From positions 10,292,001 to 10,356,000 of the forward strand of contig CM120645.1 in assembly GCA_051362555.1 (NCBI GenBank): a stretch of 64,000 nucleotides of DNA, written 5' to 3'. Below, one piece after another: positions 63,448 through 64,000 of the stretch; position 1 is the first letter of the stretch; every line of letters starts with the position of its first letter. Source of the DNA: Lingula anatina (taxonomy: Eukaryota > Animalia > Brachiopoda). Under the pieces are notes generated by a model. The model was given only the letters and a program-made list of their open reading frames with translations. It made no database searches and was not told the DNA's origin. The translations under genes were made by a program, and so were the position numbers.

Positions 63448-64000
63448 TTAAAGACCAAAATCTCGTGGAATACCGTAAAAAAAAGCAAGAAGGGTAGAAA
63501 AGAACACATATGTCAAAATTGCTGGCAAGAAGAAGAGGGTATTGCCAAAAGAGATGGTCTGGCAGCACCCACAGTTTGGTAAATCACCAGGCTTACATCC
63601 CAGGGGATCGACATTTGTTCCATTAATGGCTTGATTGGTCACTACTAAGGCAGTCTGGTCAATAGTATCAGGGCAATCATAGACGTCAACTTGCATCGTA
63701 GCCCTCTCGTGGTCAGTCATGACGACAGACACTTTGTAACCACATTCTTTGCGTATGTCATACTGAATGGTGTCGTCTGCTACTAAAGGGTAATAATCAG
63801 CTAAGGTCTTCATACCGTTGTGTAGGTTTACCTTGACGTCCGAGTATTTGGCTTCAAATGAAAATATTCTGGCGTTGTAGGCGTTTGGGGGTACCACGTG
63901 GAACAATATGATTACATAGAGGTCCGTCCCCTCGATATTGTATACAAATGATCCTTCAGGCTCCCCACTACTTCCGACTTGATCAAACTCGAGGACAGTG
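63448..64000 (-). CDS. 3' part of an actinoporin-like (cytolysin-fold) protein with a hydrophobic C-terminal tail; 5' end outside the window
   Basis: Frame is open to the window edge: TVLEFDQVGSSGEPEGSFVYNIEGTDLYVIILFHVVPP...PLVADD...GYKVSVVMTDHERATMQVDV. By eye this aligns with the actinoporin pattern G..G.L.Y....LAVLFSVP...PF.GDN...G.K....M.....A.LEI.V. It is followed by a Cys-containing linker and LFFLPAILTYVFFSTLLAFFYG. Confidence 0.68.
   Translation of the reverse strand, partial: TVLEFDQVGSSGEPEGSFVYNIEGTDLYVIILFHVVPPNAYNARIFSFEAKYSDVKVNLHNGMKTLADYYPLVADDTIQYDIRKECGYKVSVVMTDHERATMQVDVYDCPDTIDQTALVVTNQAINGTNVDPLGCKPGDLPNCGCCQTISFGNTLFFLPAILTYVFFSTLLAFFYGIPRDFGL

Overview
This is AT-rich eukaryotic (metazoan, probably marine invertebrate) genomic DNA with spliceosomal introns, microsatellites and many MITEs; it is not prokaryotic. 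From 0 to 25.5 kb lies a tandemly amplified family of small two-exon, two-TM, poly-Cys, PPxY membrane proteins. It includes a head-to-head gene pair triplicated in ~6.1-6.5 kb units (third unit pseudogenised) and older, decaying copies to the left. A CD225/dispanin-family gene with an unusual glycosylated C-terminal ectodomain follows at 26.4-30.4 kb, then a gene-poor, repeat-rich stretch, and a single-exon 454-aa low-complexity ORF at 52.5-53.9 kb. At 58.2-62.0 kb is a three-exon secreted goose-type lysozyme, and at the right edge the 3' end of an actinoporin-like gene with a hydrophobic C-terminal anchor. The most striking observation is the lysozyme's N-terminal pro-region: after furin-type sites it exposes a Gly-linker plus IETITVVGQR, which closely resembles a bacterial TonB box. 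This suggests, as an untested inference, an animal lysozyme built like a group-B colicin or pesticin. All gene models and family assignments were made by eye, without database searches.
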